A stretch of DNA of 64,000 nt from Azolla caroliniana (Eukaryota; Plantae; Polypodiophyta), in the NCBI GenBank assembly GCA_043228905.1, contig JBHGNT010000017.1, positions 3,472,001 through 3,536,000 on the forward strand, given 5' to 3'. Position 1 is the stretch's first letter, and every line of letters begins with the position of its first letter. The position numbers and the translations under genes are program-made. Below are positions 37,259 to 51,200 of this stretch, in pieces. Under the pieces are notes generated by a model. That model had not been told where the DNA came from. It saw only the letters and a list, made by a program, of their open reading frames with translations, and made no database searches.

Positions 37259-40057
37259 TTATATTTCGGCCTTCAACAGCATGTCACCAAAATACTCCTT
37301 GATAAAATCTCTTATTTTTTCTTCTTTTATGTGCCACTGAGATCGAATAGAGGTTATCTGGAGGAAAAGAGATCGTGCTTTTTATGATTTCAATGTATGA
37401 AAAAACTCATTTAGAAGAGCTACTGATGCTCACAAAAGAAAACGATTATTTTGTGATATCTTTATAAGAATCCTCATCTTCACATGAGGTTTTGATACTA
37501 AGAATCACATAAATGAGTTTTTGATAGGTCATACTATTTTTTTATACAATATAGTAGAATTAGCTTTGATTAGTACCTGGCCACTACTATTCAAATCAAA
37601 CTTTGTTTCTCCAGAAACCGTTATCATTTGAGGATTCTTAAAGCAAGGATCCGAAACTTCTTTGTGTTGGGTACGGAATGATAAGGTCCACACAGCATAT
37701 ATGCATCCCCTCCCTGGTCAAAAGAAGATAAACTGACTAAGCGTACATATCTCATGCTAAACATATCCCTGTAAGAAAAATAAACAAAGAGTCTCAAGCA
37801 TGTTTGTTTATTATAGAATATTTACTAGGGCATGCATTGATGTTCTCCGCATATATCTCTTGCAAATCCACTGATGCACCATTCTCAGCCAAGTTATTTA
37901 ACCACCTTGCCAATCTGTTGATTACAAGGAAAATTAGGATCAAGCAGTGCATTCAAATTGTTGAAATTCTGAAGTGCTCGTACATTGATACCTTTCCTTT
38001 CCAGATGTACATAGAACCGGATCTTCAAATTTAACTTCATCATGTATCAACATCCATGCCGCTGATAGCTCATCCTCCATCCCAGTTTTCCTCAAGGGGC
38101 TGGACAGTAAATCCTTTAGAATGTAAAGTGCATTTTCCAGTTTTGAATTGAAGGCCATATCTGCAATGCACACTTCTAAGTTTACAAACATATACTACAT
38201 TGTTGTGTGAAATTCTGCTTCTGTCGATATTCAAAACTTCCATAATGGCATTTTATTAGCAATATGAGAACAGCTGGTCTAGGATCAATAACCAACTTTC
38301 ACTCCCTCCACCCCCAGATTTCAACCTTTCACGTGTTTTATATGATCAAAGTATGTTGATCATTGATAAGATATATGTTCAAGTTTGAGTAATCCCTCAT
38401 GTTCTAGAATTTTCTCACTATGAAATTTCCAAAGATGGTGTGCTAATATGGTTTCTTAACATCACTTCAACCTTTAAGCACCCCAAAGCAGAAGTAAATC
38501 GATGACATGACATTTCTTAGAAGGTTCAATTTTAAGTCCAAAATCTTCCTGCTGTTCATTCAGCAGAATAATTGAACGTCCAATAAGACATCCTGTCATT
38601 TCCTAAAGTGAATTCTGTGATGGTGTCAATTCAAGCATGCACATCACAACTGAAACAAATTAACACACTTCACAAGCAGCAGAGTTCACCTGCCATTATA
38701 GTCCTCGCATTATTTTGAAGATAAAATCAAATGCGGTGTTTTACAGTTTTTTTCAAATGCAATACCTGTTTCACTGATGGGAGGCGGTGGCAAATATTCT
38801 GAAGGTTTCTCTTTCTCTGTCAGGAATGTAGACGCATCTTCAAAAAAAGAATCAGACAGCCCTAGGCCGTACAATTTTAAATGTGTTAAGTGCCGCACTA
38901 TGCCACTAGAAACAAATCTTCAATCCATAAAATATTCACTTAAAATTATGAATTTTTTGGAGTACTCAAAGCAGTGAGCAATATACTAGTTCAAGATTAG
39001 AAATTCATCTAAAGTGATGCGATGGTTGAGGATCGAATGGGAACACATATCAATAATACTTCTATAAGATATGCAGTCGATCAGATTAGTCAAGTGACTT
39101 AGAGACATAAATACACAGCTCAACAAGAAATAATAGAACATGCAATAGCTTATCTGGCATATGCCCTACATGTTTTATTTTCATCTTCTTTTTTGCTTGA
39201 ACATCTGAGGAAACACAACAAAAAACAAGACAAGATTATCATGAATGGGAAAACCGTGATATGAATTTCTGCAAAATGAGACAAACGCCATGAAATTTTC
39301 ATGTTTTAAAAAACAGAGTAGCATCTTAAGGTTGCTATTAACATTTCATTTCATTAACATTGCGATTAGTAGAACTACCCATGCTTCAAAATTTGTTCTC
39401 AAATGATTCTGAATGGACTTTCTCACGCTGTGTTTGTTTACTACATCAAACCCTAAACCAAGATCGAACAAGATTATCATTCATTTCATTTTAGATGTTT
39501 TCTATAAAAGAGTATTCTCTAAAAATCACAAACATTCCATGCATTCCTCCTAGAAACTTCAGATTGTTAGCAAAAATAAGAATAGATTACCTTTGGATGC
39601 TGAGGGAAAACCATGCACTATATTCTGGGTAGCAATGTATGTTGCCACAGATAATCAGAGCATAAGAGAAAGGGTATTCAGACTAGTAAGAAATAGGAGG
39701 AATACCTAGTCCATTCTCTTTTAATGCCACGTCCAAGCCAGGTTCTAAATTCTCATTATTAATGTATTTTGCTATAGAAGACCAGAGATCTTCAGAGTCA
39801 AATGAAGTTGCAGTGCCCTGTTGATTCCATGGTGTCTTGTCTTCCTTCATGCACATGTCTGCCATACATTTATCCTATCACTTATAAAGAAACACAAAAC
39901 TAAAATAAACAAGTTCAAAGAGAAGGGATCATCTAAACTTACATGCTTTTGCAGACCTTTTTGTCCATGATGAAATCGAACCAATTTTAATGCCATTCAA
40001 TCTACCATTGAATTCCACAGACATAACAAACGAGAGCTTTTCAATGCTCATGGCATC
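37259..40057 (-). pseudogene. Decayed multi-exon gene with an NTF2/SnoaL-like (DUF2358-like) C-terminal domain
   Basis: Exon-like blocks with canonical splice sites give ...DEVKFEDPVLCTSGKERY..., GCIYAVWTLSF...ITVSGETKFDLNSSGQ|ITSIRSQW...AEI*. There are in-frame stops (39683-39685, 38710-38712) and a frameshift near 37710. Family call is from motif resemblance only. Confidence 0.45.
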
Positions 40058-40488
40058 CTAAAATGGAGATAGAACCTATTGCAATCAACAAAAAAGAGAA
40101 TCATGCCAAATTCTAGAATTATTAAAGAGACTATTGCACAAATTACTAATCCCTAAACGAGAGGTATATAGTTTGTCAAAGCTACACTCAAGGAACGTGA
40201 TAAGAAGAACCTATAAACCATGCACTGCAGATTAAGAGAATACAACCGTAAAATTTCATTAAATAAAGGGTTATGTGATCAACTCCGTAATTCATTATAT
40301 GGTATTTGAGACTTTTTTTTTTTCTAAAATCAGTCAAGCACTATATGATAACGATTGGAAGGCCAACCTACTCTGAGATAGATAATTGGAAGTCTATACT
40401 GCTGGAGAATTATCAAGCGGAAAAATGTCACAATTTTGTTATTTTAGCAAAGTTAACCAAGGTTTTAGCGACAGAGGAGCCACTGTTC

Positions 40489-40607
<119 letters not shown>

Positions 40608-42231
40608 CCCGATTGTACATGAATACCTGTTGTTTTGCTCCTGAAGAACCACAGAAAAGGTATGGCCGATTGAGGAACTGGTTAGTAAACAGAGCATACA
40701 ATCCAGAGAATATCGTCTAAGTCAAACAGCAATCCTGACAATCTAATCCAGACAGGGCAATTATGTGATATTCTAGGAAAATATTACTTCTAATTCTGAG
40801 GAATGGAAAAAGAGTGTACACAAACATTATAGAGTCTCATTCCATAGTTCACATAGTTCAATCCAATCCTTCTCTCGCCATATTGCAGACAGCATCAAAA
40901 CATCATGGCCCTGCAAGGTGACCTAAGTTTTTACAAGCCCATTTCACTGGTGTGCAAAACTCACCGTATCTCAATGTATGCACATTGATTTACTATGTGC
41001 CAATGCAAAATGTAAGGATTCAATCCATCATGTTTCTGTCTTCACCAATTAACCTCATCGATTAACCTACAATCATTTGGGCTATTGATCAATGCAATTT
41101 CGTCCGATCTTTTCTTCTATTTGTTCTCGCATATTTTCACTATCAAAGATAGATGTTTCCAAAACCATATCCAAGCCAACAAAAACAGTTCCAGATTCAT
41201 TAACTTCCCAATTAAAATAAACTACCCACATCGTTCCCAAAAAATTTATTTTGTTCCACTTCCTTTCCATTTTGAATTTCTACAAAAAAAAAATAATATT
41301 GAGCTTCATGCCTAAAAGCAACTTAGGTTGCAAAATATTGCCAGCAACATTTATAAGGTTATGTGTTGCAAAACCCATGCCAATAAGTGGGAGATACAAC
41401 ATTGACAATGTTACTGCAAGAATGACATTGTCAGCAATATTTGTCTTTTGGTGTATCTAGGAAATCATGTCCTCTCCAATGGCTACATACACCTTTGAAT
41501 TTTATGCATCAAGTATATTTGCTAACACATGGCAACATTTTCAATATCATTGTTTGCTAAGATCATAAATCATGTGGGGATTGGTTATGAACCTTCGACA
41601 AACTCAAGTTGGTTGTTGCATTCTGTCACTTCAAAGCTTGGTTGTCAGCTTTAGGGTTTAGGGTCTAGGTTTTATGTAAAGGAGATTTTCATATCTACAA
41701 AAGGATATGCAGATCCAATCGGAAATATACACAAAAGCTTGCAGAATTCACTTTCTTAAATGTTCGTTAACTGACATTTATTTGATGAAAAATGTATCTC
41801 ATTAACAAAGGAAGCGTGAGAAATTATATCAGAAGATGCAGGTCCAACAATCAACTTTGCTCAAGCTGTAGAACTTCAATTTTGTAAAAATATAACTGCT
41901 ACAACTATTGTGGGCTTTCAGTATGTAACATTGTTCCTCAATCTACTTCCCCTGAAAAAGATACCAAAAAAGCATTGATAATCAAAATTATACATTACAA
42001 CAGAAAAGTGGCAAAGCCACTGAAAACAATTGGCCACATGCCTTGAAAAGTGTCATAAACCAAGCCGCTAACCAAAATTGTACAAACAATCCCACAACAT
42101 TATCAATTTGCCGGATCTCTCCAAGCAACATTTGTATAGAACTCCATGCTCAGATCTCTACATTCTCGATCAAAACTTAATTCCTCGGTCAAAACTGTTC
42201 CAGAGAAGCCAAAACTTCAAACGCCTAAAAT

Positions 42232-45200
42232 CTAGACTGGAGAATCTTCTTCACTATCTTCACTTGCATCACTGAAATGATTGAGAAGAAAATGTCTGTC
42301 ATGGAGATTCGTAAAACACAGCTAGTTGAACAGATACTAAGGATATCCCACATACCTTTGGTCAGGCTGTTTAGAGATTCGTCGTGCATCGAGGCCGGTT
42401 AGATACTTTTGGGATGCCGTAACAGAATCCATACCTGACAATTATCCAGAGACAACAAAAATGATTTGTTAACTTCATACTGTGGTGTGGAGGCTATAAT
42501 GCATATCTGATAACATAACCTCACAAATTATTTGCTAACTTAAAACTGATTTTATGTTGTGCAAAATGATTTGATGTTATGTAAAAGGAAATGACTTGTA
42601 TTGTAATACCTTTATTAAGCTGCATGACATAGAAAGCACATCGCTCAGCAGCCAAACGCACAGGGGTATTAGCATCCTTTACTAGATCTGCAAGAGCTGG
42701 GCCTAAAATGTTCAAGTGTAGAGTCACTGCATCAGAATTTACCTGCTGACACAATTTAGAAGTGCAGAGAGCTGAAGTTAGCATGGAAAGCATAACAAAA
42801 ACGCTAAGAAGGATTAAAGCTGAGCACAACATTTCACATAAATGCTGTAAATGATGATTATAGAATTGACCTTTGCAATTGATTTCAAGCTGCTAAGAGC
42901 CCTTCTCCGCACATCACTGGAATCATCCTTCAAAAACGCTACTATGAATGGCATTGACTCTTTTAGTGTTGGAAGCCCAGCATGATGCTCTTTGACCTGA
43001 TGTGTCAGAAGTCTGCCTAGAGCCTTGACAGCTGACTCTCGAATAGGAACCTTCAAAAGAAATAGAGTATCAAAAGGACATAAAATTCCTATATGTTACG
43101 AAACCATACCTCATGTTCCTGTATGTTATGAAACCATACCTTGTCATCCCGTGCCCTTCCTTTTATAATGTCAACAGTTACGGACAAAGATGAAGATGAA
43201 GGAGAAATCTTGGATACACTATGTCGCAGAATTGAAGATATAGCAAGTATAGCACCATGGCGTACAGTCCAAGCTTGATCTTGCCCCATTTTTGATAAAT
43301 CAAGCAACCAAGTTTGAAGATCATCTTCTACAAGATACTGCAGTTTGTGATGCAAAAGTGCTTGAGATAGAAATTCAAATTTAACAGAGTAAAAAGGCAA
43401 TGAAAATAAGCCAAATTTTTAACCTGCTACAACCCTTACAGATGATAAGCCTATTGCCCATACAGGAAGGAACACAGGAATGAGGGCATTTCTAAGACAA
43501 AAGAGAGGCTGCGACAGGACTAAAATAAGGATATTAATGAGAATCTAAGTTTATGTACTCCTGCATCATTTCTACAGAAAGTGGGAACTTGCAATAACCA
43601 ATCAGTCCATAATTTTACATAGAACATTGTTAGTAAAGCTCTGCATTACAGATATGACAAACGTTGCCACTTGACAAGCAGAAGCAGTAATTCAAAACCC
43701 TGGCATGAGATTTCAGAATAGGACAGTTGATAAACCTGTGAGACCATTCCCAGTGCCCTGGCAGCAGAGCCCCTGATTTCATCCTCATCTGATTGAAGGA
43801 ATTCTTGAAGAGTTGACACTACCCGAGAAATAACAATTGGACTAACGCTTTTTCCTGCATTTTTTAGTACCCCCTTCAATGCACTGAGCATGGCTTCCCT
43901 CACTCCACCTTCTGATGTCTAAAGATCATAAAACAAGAGAATACGGATGTAAGAAAATTATCCAACAAAAAAGTGAGGGAATTTGTTGAGCAAATAGTGC
44001 ACCAGAAGTCCATTGAGAAGATCTCCCACTAATGGATCAACTCGATTACTTAACGACGCAAGCTTGCCTAATGCCCAGGCTGATCTCGATCTTACAGGCC
44101 TGCAAATAATGTTCAGAATGGCACAATAACAAAAGTTTCAGGCTTAGCACAAAATGGAATAATAATAATCATGACAAGATTAACACAAGAATGACACTTG
44201 AATACAGCAATGAAATACACAAAATGGCATACCACACTTGCATGCTTAATGTACCTTGAATTGTCCTGCAGACACTTGATAAATGTCGTCTGTAGTTGTG
44301 GTAGAAAAGGCTTGAGAGCAATACCACCTTTGCAGATGATGATACCAAGCGTAGACAAGATAGCACTCTTTACTTGCCAAGGGAATCTGTCTCCTACAAT
44401 GCGTATCAGAGGCCTGCAAAATCAATAATACACTATTCTAGTCAACTTTTGCGACATACATGTACCAATGGCCTTAATCTCCAAAATTTCATACAGTATA
44501 CCCAGTCACAGGAACTACAAATGGCTTCAGAGCCTCGGGGCTGGTTAAATCTATTAATTCTCCTAATCCATCAGCTGCCTGCTCGCGTAACTCTGCCGTT
44601 CCACTCATAAGCCCCTGACACAAGATTTAATATCTCAAAATTATTGAAATCTTAAGACAACCACACATGACAACTCTAGAATAGTTTCCTACAAACAACA
44701 TTAACCTGCAAAAAGATGGGAAGAACTGGCTGCAAAGCTTTTGGAAGACAAAATCCCGGAATTGTAATTGGCAACCCCTACAGCAGACATAAAAAAGAGC
44801 TATTTATGATCTACCTTTTAGTTAGCCTTGATTGATAACATGAAATTAGCAGGCATGTTATAACCTTCCGCTTTCGCCGCTCTTTATCTCTAGCAGTAGA
44901 CACTGCATCTCTCAAGACTTTGACATAACTTGGCAGATCTTCTTTTGCTATAGAGCCAATGACACTTGATAAAGCTTCCCATGCAGCCTGCATAATAGTC
45001 AATCTCAAGTCACTTAGAATGTCACATAAGCTCAAATCATAGAAGTTAATGGATAATAATTACCGTCACAGTTAAACCATCAGTGTCAGTCAACATAACC
45101 GTTAAAGTGGTAATCAGGTTTGGAACCTCATCTGAAAGATCCATCTTGCTGTTTTTAAACAAGAACCCAACAAGATATGCACTGCCTCGTCTCATAAAAA

Positions 45201-48200
45201 CCTGGGAAGGAAGGCTTAGTTTATTTATCTTTAGTATTTATTTTATTTCAAACCTAGGGTACATGGAAGAGAATGTGTCAACCTGTGAATCTCCAAGTGC
45301 TCGCATAAGTTCTGCGATAAGCAAGTACAAACCTTCATCATCAATGACCATAACAACAGTTTCTGCAGCCTTCCTTGCAAGAGGTTCCACGTCCTATTTC
45401 ACACAAAGGAAAATCCATATAGGGGAAGATATATAAAATACCTTACAACCTCTTAGCAGAAGTCCACTATATTTGCACAGAATAATTCCTGTAAAAGAAT
45501 GAGAACTGGTTAACAGAGCTTACCTGCTCTTTGTTACCCATTCCAGAGATGAGGGGTGGCAGAATTATAGATAAATGAGAATTTAATCCAGCACCAGCCA
45601 CCTCAGCAAGAGCTCCCAAAGCATGTGCATTGAATGCTCTGCAATTTATTGAACAGACAACAAAGCAATATCTAAAAAGCTTCTAGAAGGAGATATTTTG
45701 GCAAGAAAATGAATCAGGTAGTACTAACAATTTCCAGTCCTAATTAACTTCATGTAACCTTGAAACTGTGCAAAAGCCAATGCAATATAAGTATATTTTA
45801 TTTTCTGTCAGTAAGGTATAAGTGCATCAAGCATACAGTATAAATGCATGAAAACTCTTGGTTAGATTGTTGAATTGAAGCTGGTCAGAAATACCATGAA
45901 AAACTTACGATAATGGAGGTTTAACCAGCTTGGGCAATATATGGGGAAGAACAGCAGCAGTTCGTACGCTGATCAATCAAAATGATATCCATGAATGAAA
46001 ATGAATCATTTCTTCCAGATGTGTTCTCGAAAAGAAAATGATCAACTAACCTCAAAATTTGTTTTAAGCCATCTAATGCAGTGGCTGATGTTTCATCTCT
46101 CTCCAAAGCATTCAGAAGACTAGGTACAATCTCATCTACAGCTTGCATTCCAGCACTCTACGGTATAAAAAGCTTAATACGTGAACATTTGCATTTTCAC
46201 ATGCATAAACTGAAAAACGAGAAAATTTGTATGCCTTGAAAAGAGTGCTGAACGCTAATCCTGCTGCTTCACGTACTTCAGAAACCCTGCAACACATAGA
46301 TATTTATTTAAATTATCATTACATGATTGTGGGTGGAGCAAACATTACCATGAACTACATTTTCAATGATTTGAAATTTTTTAAATGACAATACCTGTCA
46401 CAAAGAGCATCACGTATTGTTGGTATCAAGCTATTCATATAAGAAATAAGTTGATGTTTCCCAGCGCTCGATAGCACTTCACTTAGGCCAACACAAACGC
46501 CCTATAACCAATATTTTAAAATGATTTAATCCTGTACATATTACCACCTATCAGGCTCTAACGCAAAATTTTAATTGTAAACTACACTGGCATCACCCCT
46601 TATCACAAAATAAAGTCTACAAACATGAAGTTTCCTTCAACGTCCCTGCACTTCTGACCAGTTTGATGACATTCTTCATGGCAAGAATGCTTTTGAACCA
46701 GGACATGTTAATCTACCTGCAACTTGCGATACGGATTACCACGCAAACACACAAAGATATGTTTTTGTGTATATTCTTGTGCAAACACAAACCTCTATAA
46801 ATAGATTTTAAGCTAACATCAAGAAGCAGAAAATATGGTTCGTAGCTTTCAATGATAAGCTTCCACCAAAGCTGTTACAAGATTTGTACCATCCTATGGA
46901 TGATATGTCCTCTTTAAAGTCATGTGCCTAGTGAGTAGTTTACTCTCAATGGGCCAGATAATGTAACTATGGTTCATACGTTTCAAGATAAGCTTCCATC
47001 AAAGCTGAATCACAAGATAACTTTGTCACCATGCTATGGATGATAAGTCCTCTTTAAACTCATGTGCCTAACAAGTAGTTTACTCTTGATGGGCTGTATC
47101 TATGGTTCATAACCTTCAATGATAAGCTTCCACCAAAACTGAATTACAAGATAACGTTGTCAATGTTCTATGTATGATATGTCCTCTTTAAACTGATGTG
47201 CTTTGTGAGTAGTTTACTCTCAATGGGCCAGATAATGTAACTATGGTTCATAGATTTCAACAATAAGCTTCCACCAGAACTGAATTACAAGATAACTTTG
47301 TCAACATGCTATGGATAATAGGTCCTCTTTAAACTCGTGTGACTTTTGAGTATTCTACCCTCGATGGGCCACTAATCATCAATGAAACACAATATTAATT
47401 TCATACCTGGCGAGTACTTTCATTAGGATCTTGCAAACCCTGAGCAAGTATGGGTATGATCGAAGGCAAGACTCTATCCCCTAGTTTACGAACCAGTTCA
47501 CCAAGTGCTCTCCCTGCAACCTATGATTCAAGAAATACATACCAATATTATAACAAAGCCACATGTGCAAGGAAAAATTTCACACTAGAATTGCAAGTCA
47601 CCTGACGGCGTTCTGATGATGTAGAGGCCAGTGATGCAATTAGCGTGCTCATCAATACTGGCATAATCTCTTTAAGGGTCTTCGGGGTGTTAGCAACCAC
47701 AGTTTTCCAAACATGCACAGCAGCCTGGACATGCAAACCTCATATAAAGACCAGAATCACAAGAAAACGATCACAAAACTGAGTGGGAAGCTACTTACTT
47801 GTCTGACTGTGAGACTAACATCAGAACGAACCATATACACTGCAGCAAGAACTTCATTCCGTCGAGCTTTACCTAAAATATCTACAATAGCACGTCCATG
47901 TGCCTCAGTACTCGCACCTTCATCATCACTTCCACCCTCAAGAACAACTTTTCCTGAAGTTCCAGCAACCTATACACATTGATCAAACTTCATTTAGCCT
48001 TTGTATGAATTTTCATCTGATTTTTTAGAAAGTAATTGTGAGATCAAACCTTGAAAAGTAGATCGCCTAGTAACTCTACAGAACTTTGCCTGATGCGCCA
48101 ATTGTCATTGAATATGCCTTCTTCAACAGCAGGCAATAGCAATGGGAGCGATCTGAAAGAGAATGTCTTTATTTAGTGACTGTAATTAGACAAATTACCA

Positions 48201-51200
48201 CAGCAGGGAGCGGTACTCACGACGTGGCATAATGTTCCACAAAAACATGTCCAGCACCTAATGCAGCATCTCTAACTGACTCGTTCTCATCAGCAAGCCC
48301 TGATGTCCAGCAGTCAAAACATGAACTAACGTAAAACGTATAGAAACTGAATCAATATTTGCAAACAGACTCTAATACCGTAGGCATATATACATCAGCA
48401 CAGGTCAGATAATAAAATAGTAAGTTAATAATATGAAAACTCCTTCTCAGATGAGAAACGAAGAATGAAATGTACAAGAAGACGATCAGAATATCTTTAA
48501 TCAGAAATTACTACCATGCATAACAATTCAAAGTCTATAAACAATATATGTATTATTACCATCTAAAATTGCAGGCAAAACACGTGGTAGATATTGTTGA
48601 AAAGTTGTCCCCAATGCAATAGGTAGGTACTGCAAAAACATTACAAAAATTTACAGCTAAATTTAAGCATAGAGCACTATAAATTTTGAAAAAACTTTAA
48701 GCTGATAGCCCCAGATTATATCCTAGTCATTATAGGCAACATGTCAGAATGAAATTTAAAAATGGAGTTTTTATTTAAATCATTGAGCTCTTTTACAGAA
48801 CGAACTTCTTAAAATAGCCATGTGTGGATTACATATCAATTTGACATGCCTACACTTCAGTCTATCATATTTGTAGCATACGCATCCAGCATAAGGCAAA
48901 TTGTGCTACAACCATGCAAAGAATCGAATGGAGTTCCCAGAGGCAATTTGTCCCCCAAGTGAAGGCTCTAAAAATCCCCTCCTTAGCAGGATGGAGAACC
49001 TTGGGCTTTTTTGTCTAATTATGGTGGAGAACCCTTACATATTACAAAACATAAGTTGTCTATACTGTGGAGTTTGCCCAAAATGCCTCAAGAGCTTAAT
49101 GGGTTTTTAACTCTTGCTTTTCTTTGTGATACTCACCAGTACTATCAAAATATGAATCCCAATCTACGAATACAATGCAAGGAACCTTCCATATTGCAAA
49201 ACATAAGTTTTGTATAATGCAAGGTTTGCCTGAAATGCCTCAAGAGCTTGATGAATTTTTACTATTGTTTTTCTTTGTTATAATCACAAGTAGTATCAAA
49301 AGATAAACCCCAGTCTACAAAAACAATGTAAATTTTCATCTGCATAAACCAATGAGAAACTTATTTGGAATACACAGGAAACTTACTCTGAACAAGGTCA
49401 GATAACCATCTCTAACAGCAGCTCGTTGATGAGAACAATTCTGAATAATTTCTGGAAGGAGGGACTCAAAGTGTGACGTGCCATGTGCTGCTAATACCTG
49501 TGTATGAAACGTTTTGTGAAATATGCTCCATTGAGAAAAAAATTAAATCAGCTTCAACTGTTTCTCAAATATACCTCACTCAAACCCTGAGCAGCTCCCG
49601 ATCGTTCCACTCCACTGGTTTCAGACTTCAGAGTCTCAAGCAACCAGGGAACCAGGTCCTTGAAATTCTCCTCTCCCATGCCTCTGATTAGAGATCCCAA
49701 TGCACGAGCTGCAACAGTACGGACTTCGGGAATTGGATCCACGAGAACCTGATACACATTTACAGATTAATTTAGAATATCATGTAACTGCTATGTCAAA
49801 TGGTTCCAAGGGGCAGGGATCATACCTTTTTTACTTCAGGGAGTAATAACAGAAGGTATGGAAGCATATCCTTAGGTTCTGTAACAAGTGAGCACATGTT
49901 TCCAACAATTTGAGCAGCTTTCTTCTTTGTTTCTGAGCTCCGCTCCCTCAGTCCTCTATGGACAATAGGGACAATCAAGGCCAATGACGGGGCATCGACA
50001 CTATTCACAAATGTAGTCTACACATACAGATCCAATTGAAAGATTGATAGCTATAATTATCCCAATGCAGCAACCAAATAGAATTAATCAATAGTTACCG
50101 CATACCTGTAAAAGAACATCCAGAGAGTGCTTTGTGTTCTCATTTGGATCAGAAATACCCAGTAGGAGCGTGCCCACTAGTGCTGAAATTTCAGGATTTC
50201 TTATCACACTACCAATCTACACAAATTCCGGTTACCAAAGCTATGATACCTTTCCAATAAGCTCAAAGTAAAAACTCCATTACAAATATCCACTCAATAA
50301 CACTTTGAATAGCATACCTGCTGCAAAGCAGTCTGGGCAGCTGTTTGGACTTTAGGATGTGTATCTGTCAAAACCTACAAGAATCTCGAAATTAATATTA
50401 TGCAGGGACCTACCTTGGATGTTTTACTAATTGTTTCAGCAATATAACCTCAGTTAGCTTTGGAACTATTGTAGGAAGACACTGTGATAGCTGGCGGGGA
50501 GCACAAAATGCCATAGCTCCAAGCAGTTGGACACTTCCCTGTTTTGTCCGCCAAGCTTTGTCCTCCAGACCCTGAAAAGTAAAGAAGTTGGAAAGTGTAT
50601 ATGCGAGTCTCAAACCTGATGAATTAAAGCCACCAGTACAAATAACTATCAAAACAAACCTTGAGTAGTGCTGGTAGGACAAGCTTTACTCCCTGTCCAC
50701 TAAGCTGACCCATTATTACTCTTGCAGAAGAATCAGCTGCTTCACGAACTGCAACCACTTGATCAGAGAAACAAACCAATAGGAGAGGTAACAGGTGTAT
50801 AACATACCTGCAAAGATTCCATGCTACACAATGTATCAATTCTTACATAAAAATTACACCATTTAACTCACATCACCCGAAACTTACGGTTCAAACAATT
50901 TGCCAAGCTTTTCACACAAGGCTTCAAAACCAAACAGTGCACCTTCTCGAGCCTTTGCAGAGTTCCTATAAACCAGAAATCAAACCCAGCCATCATTTTT
51001 ATTTAATAAGAACATTAAATTTGAAATTCTAGCCCAAAGAAACAAGAGCTATGCATACAATTAAAGGACCTGCATTGTTCAGGCCATAATACCTGTCCTC
51101 AACTCCTGCTTTCAATGCATCCATAACGCCATGTTTCTTAAGGCTAGAGAGACCCAAACCTTTTACAACCCCAGCCAACCCAAATGCTGCTCCACGACGT

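Noticed and set aside
38710-39685. In-frame stops repaired by U-to-C RNA editing or readthrough
   Set aside because: Reverse editing is organellar; this is spliced nuclear DNA and frameshifts co-occur, so decay is the simpler explanation.
41650-41673. Interstitial telomere repeat (TTTAGGG)
   Set aside because: Only about 2-3 imperfect units.
46834-47371. CRISPR-like array
   Set aside because: Whole units are similar with no unique spacers; eukaryotic intron with no cas genes.
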